Shown piece after piece: positions 16,081-18,970 of a stretch of DNA of 18,970 bases. Under the pieces are notes generated by a model that worked only from the letters and a program-made list of their open reading frames with translations, was not told the DNA's origin and ran no database searches. The stretch spans positions 1-18,970 of the forward strand of contig JBFMCP010000049.1 in assembly GCA_040754455.1 (NCBI GenBank), in the 5' to 3' direction. How positions within the stretch are numbered: the first letter of the stretch is position 1; every line of letters starts with the position of its first letter. The DNA comes from Nitrospirota bacterium (GTDB taxonomy: Bacteria; Nitrospirota; Thermodesulfovibrionia; Thermodesulfovibrionales; Dissulfurispiraceae). The position numbers were made by a program, and so were the translations under genes.

Positions 16081-16728
16081 GTGGGTGGAATGTTCAATTG
16101 GGCAATCAGCCGTTTCAACCTAAAAGCGGCGCACCGCACGTTTCTCCAGAGGCGTCTTCCTCTCAATATCACCTACCTGCATTGCCTCGGCGGGATCGCC
16201 TTTACCCTTTATCTCGTGCTGCTGCTGACGGGCATGCTCCTGAGTGTCTACTATGTGCCGTCAGAAGCAGAAGCATTCCAGAGCGTCTTGAACATAACAC
16301 GAGAGGTCCCCTTGGGCTTTCTGATAAGAGGGCTCCACAAATGGTCTGCCCATCTCTTTATCGTGTTTCTCTTGCTCCATATGATACGAGTCGTTCTTCA
16401 CCGGGCGTATCGTCCTCCCCGTGAATTAAACTGGATGGCAGGAACCGCTCTCCTCATTCCTTCCTTTGCCTCGGGCTTCACCGGCTATCTCTTACCATGG
16501 GACCAGAAGGCATATTGGGCGACCGTCGTCGGCACTAATATGGCGACAACCATACCCGTAGTCGGGAAATACCTCCTCTATTTCCTACGGGGTGAAGCCG
16601 ACGTGAATGGGATGACGCTCGTCCGTTTTTACAGCCTTCACATCATCTGGCTGCCGCTCCTCACAGGCCTGCTGCTGTGGGCGCATTTTCATATGGTCAA
16701 GAGGCAGGGCATCTCAGGAGGGCTTTAA
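16081..16728 (+). CDS. Cytochrome b N-terminal half (cytochrome b6-like; ExtP-like)
   Basis: Four heme-b His ligands (LHKWSAH...LLHM and SLHII...WAHF), GYLLPWDQKAYWA, C-terminus RQGISGGL. Start is GTG 16081 or ATG 16090. Confidence 0.93.
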   Translation: MGGMFNWAISRFNLKAAHRTFLQRRLPLNITYLHCLGGIAFTLYLVLLLTGMLLSVYYVPSEAEAFQSVLNITREVPLGFLIRGLHKWSAHLFIVFLLLHMIRVVLHRAYRPPRELNWMAGTALLIPSFASGFTGYLLPWDQKAYWATVVGTNMATTIPVVGKYLLYFLRGEADVNGMTLVRFYSLHIIWLPLLTGLLLWAHFHMVKRQGISGGL

Positions 16729-16758
16729 GAGGCACACTATGAAACGGTTAACCGAACG

Positions 16759-18651
16759 ATGAGCATCCGGGTAGGCATACTAAGTGAAAAACTTACGATA
16801 AGAATTATTCTTTTCAGTCTGCTGATCGCCCTGTTGATCATTATTCTCCTCGGCTATCGGGCATGGATGAATACTTCTACTGAATGTGTGCAATGCCATG
16901 GAGACAGAGATAGAATGGAAGAGGAACATGCTCCGTGGGCGTATGTAACTGAAGAAACAGTCCGGAAGGAATCCCGCCATCTCCATATCCAGTGCAGGGA
17001 TTGCCACCTCGGTAACGGCAGGGCAAAAGATAAGGGCAAAGCCCATGAGGGAATGCTTAAAATGCTGATAGTCTCAAAAGAAGGAACTCTCTTAACCCGC
17101 ACATCGGGCTATCCCTATGGACTGAGCAGGACAGGCGCGAATGGCATCCTCGCCTTTTTGCCGAAATTTCAGGAAAACGGCGAATGGCAATTTTTTCCCG
17201 TAAGAAATATCCTCTGGCATGACAGAAACGTGAAGAGCTTCAACTTTGATCCGGATATCGCGCAGAAGACCTGCGGGAAGCCGGGCTGTCATCCTGAGAT
17301 GGTTGCCCAATTTAAAAAGACCACGATGGCGACCAATTCCAGACAGAGGACCATGAGGACCTGGCTCAAGCCTTACGGTCCCCACAACTGCGGTCCTTCC
17401 TTCGCCGATCTCCCCCCTGAAGAGGTACTGCGCAGCGCAGCGTTTTCATTCAAGAATACCGCTGCAATTGCACAAGAGCTGAACACCTCCTTCTCAGAGG
17501 ATCAAGCAGTGGCGAAGCAGAAGTTCTGTAACGTATGCCATGCCGGCTGCCTTGACTGTCATTATGCTCCCGATGAAAAAGAGGGCGTACACCGTTTTAC
17601 TAAGAAGCCCTTATCCGAGAGCTGCGGGGGCTACGGCAGAGGGACGACCATCTGTCATCCCGGTGCAATGCAGAGCAGACGGGGCGAAACGTATATAGGA
17701 GACGATTATTCAGTACCATCGGGAATGCGTTCTGATGTCCATTACCGGAAGAATATTCACTGCATAGATTGCCACCCAGTGGGAGAAAAAGGTATGGGCG
17801 ACATGCGTCGGGAAGCAGATTGCCAGGGCTGCCACAGGGAAATAGAAAAAGCTCACGCACGCAGCATCCACAAAAAACTCGATTGTGCCGCCTGTCACAT
17901 AAGCGAATTGAGGGGCTATCAGATCACCGTCTGGGGACCGGGGATCATCGCGGGAAAGAATAACCCCTTTAAGAAATATTCTCTTTATTATGGCATTCAA
18001 AGTCCCCCCATACTGATGAAAGACCAAAAGGGGATATGGATGCCGGTGAAAATATGGCCACACAGCGTTGGCAATTTCAGGCCGGAGGTAAAAGCTTCTG
18101 AAAAGCTCATGTTCAGATGGCCTGGCGGCGAGACGAGAGATGCCTACTACATCATCGGGACGTTCAAAACGCCTTCGGGCAATAGGCATCTGCTCTGGTT
18201 TGAGATAGAGCAGGCAGCCCACCCTTTTGGACCCGCGAGGAACTGCCCCTCCTGCCATGCCTCGCCACGGCAAGTCTCCACATCACATTGGGAATTTCTC
18301 GATGAACAGGGAGCTGAGCCGTTCAAAGGGGGATATAAAATTACAGCTGATGAAAGCGGACTTAGAATTGAGGATATGAGAAACACCACCACAATCAGAT
18401 TATTGAAAGGATATCATCTTGAGGATTTTGCCTCATGGCTCTATCTGAAAGACAAGTGGTCGATGCCGGGAGACTTTTCTATCAAGGTCGATCAGGGGAA
18501 ATATAAAAAATACGATCACCTCTCCATAATAGTAAAGGCAAAACTCAGCACCATTGATCACCGCTCTCGCGCTTTCGATAAGAAAACTGCACAAGCCTAT
18601 CGGAGACTCAAGGGGATTGCGCTGCATAATCCGGAAGAGGGGATGAAATGA
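16759..18651 (+). CDS. Membrane-anchored multiheme cytochrome c (8 CxxCH plus 2 atypical motifs)
   Basis: N-terminal TM helix. CVQCH, CRDCH, CNVCH, CLDCH, CIDCH, CQGCH, CAACH, CPSCH, plus CGKPGCH and CGGYGRGTTICH. Confidence 0.9.
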   Translation: MSIRVGILSEKLTIRIILFSLLIALLIIILLGYRAWMNTSTECVQCHGDRDRMEEEHAPWAYVTEETVRKESRHLHIQCRDCHLGNGRAKDKGKAHEGMLKMLIVSKEGTLLTRTSGYPYGLSRTGANGILAFLPKFQENGEWQFFPVRNILWHDRNVKSFNFDPDIAQKTCGKPGCHPEMVAQFKKTTMATNSRQRTMRTWLKPYGPHNCGPSFADLPPEEVLRSAAFSFKNTAAIAQELNTSFSEDQAVAKQKFCNVCHAGCLDCHYAPDEKEGVHRFTKKPLSESCGGYGRGTTICHPGAMQSRRGETYIGDDYSVPSGMRSDVHYRKNIHCIDCHPVGEKGMGDMRREADCQGCHREIEKAHARSIHKKLDCAACHISELRGYQITVWGPGIIAGKNNPFKKYSLYYGIQSPPILMKDQKGIWMPVKIWPHSVGNFRPEVKASEKLMFRWPGGETRDAYYIIGTFKTPSGNRHLLWFEIEQAAHPFGPARNCPSCHASPRQVSTSHWEFLDEQGAEPFKGGYKITADESGLRIEDMRNTTTIRLLKGYHLEDFASWLYLKDKWSMPGDFSIKVDQGKYKKYDHLSIIVKAKLSTIDHRSRAFDKKTAQAYRRLKGIALHNPEEGMK

Positions 18652-18845
18652 AACAAATTTACGTTCTGCTCTGACACTGATTGATGGGCTAAGCTCTGAC
18701 TTTTACACTCAAAGTTTACAGATGCTTGAGCTATCAATCCAGATAATTTTTTTCTCTGCCTCTCTCTTTCTTTTTTTCGTTCTTCGGCCTTTCCCTGCTT
18801 ACGCTCACGTTTCCTTTCCCTAACCTCAAACTTGGCTTTCTTTTT

Positions 18846-18970
18846 AGAACTCATTTCAAAACCTCTGAAAGGAATAAAGGATCCATGCTAGAGTGAGGAA
18901 TGGCATGGAAACATTTAACTGAGAAGCAATGGGAAAAGGTAAGGGAGCATTTACCTGAATATAAACGGAG
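18846..18970 (+). mobile_element. Left end of an IS5-family insertion sequence (runs off the window)
   Basis: Candidate terminal repeat GAACTCATTTCAAAAC after TA at about 18845-18862, followed about 50 nt later by a transposase-like start. The exact boundary is unverified. Confidence 0.6.
18900..18970 (+). CDS. IS5-family transposase N-terminus (3'-partial)
   Basis: MAWKHLTEKQWEKVREHLPEYKR matches the LTDxQWxxIxxxLP start typical of IS5-family (DUF4096) transposases. Confidence 0.75.
   Translation, partial: MAWKHLTEKQWEKVREHLPEYKR

Noticed and set aside
16075..16083. The Rieske stop is TGA and is in frame with cytochrome b (TGA ACT GTG), suggesting a third Sec read-through or fusion
   Set aside because: No Cys is expected at this position, the downstream stem is weak with no G in the loop, and fusing a periplasmic Rieske C-terminus to a cytoplasmic cytochrome b N-terminus is topologically implausible.
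18597..18854. 85-aa Lys/Arg/Glu-rich minus-strand ORF as a real gene
   Set aside because: Its start lies within the candidate IS end, it is low complexity, and it overlaps the cytochrome 3' end. At most a remnant of an interrupted gene.
1..18970. CRISPR arrays, tRNA (including selC) or rRNA genes
   Set aside because: No spaced direct-repeat array or tRNA/rRNA-like sequence was seen by eye. A covariance-model scan would be needed to exclude small RNAs.

Overview
Bacterial window (roughly 50% GC, gene content typical of an anaerobic, multiheme-cytochrome-rich Gram-negative such as Desulfobacterota or Nitrospirota; taxonomy is inferred). Left part (1-4700): tail of an extended arsenic/thiol-redox locus with acr3 (3' end), an exported thioredoxin, a metallophosphoesterase, a 70-codon UGA-containing putative 2Fe-2S selenoprotein missed by the ORF track, ccdA, a secreted FmdE-domain protein, an alkaline-phosphatase-superfamily enzyme, a hypothetical protein and a decayed trmO/tsaA-like remnant. 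Middle (5100-11490): TolC-MFP-RND efflux operon followed by a Cys-rich Crp/Fnr regulator. Right part (11504-18651): a divergent locus resembling the Geobacter ext sulfur/selenite/tellurite reduction cluster. One arm carries an ExtI-like porin, an unknown exported protein, an ExtJ-like protein and a five-heme ExtKL-like selenocytochrome split by an in-frame UGA. The other arm carries a b6f-like Rieske/split cytochrome b module plus a large multiheme cytochrome c. A perfect CRP-type palindrome sits in the divergent promoter. The window ends in an IS5-family element that appears to have cut the operon.
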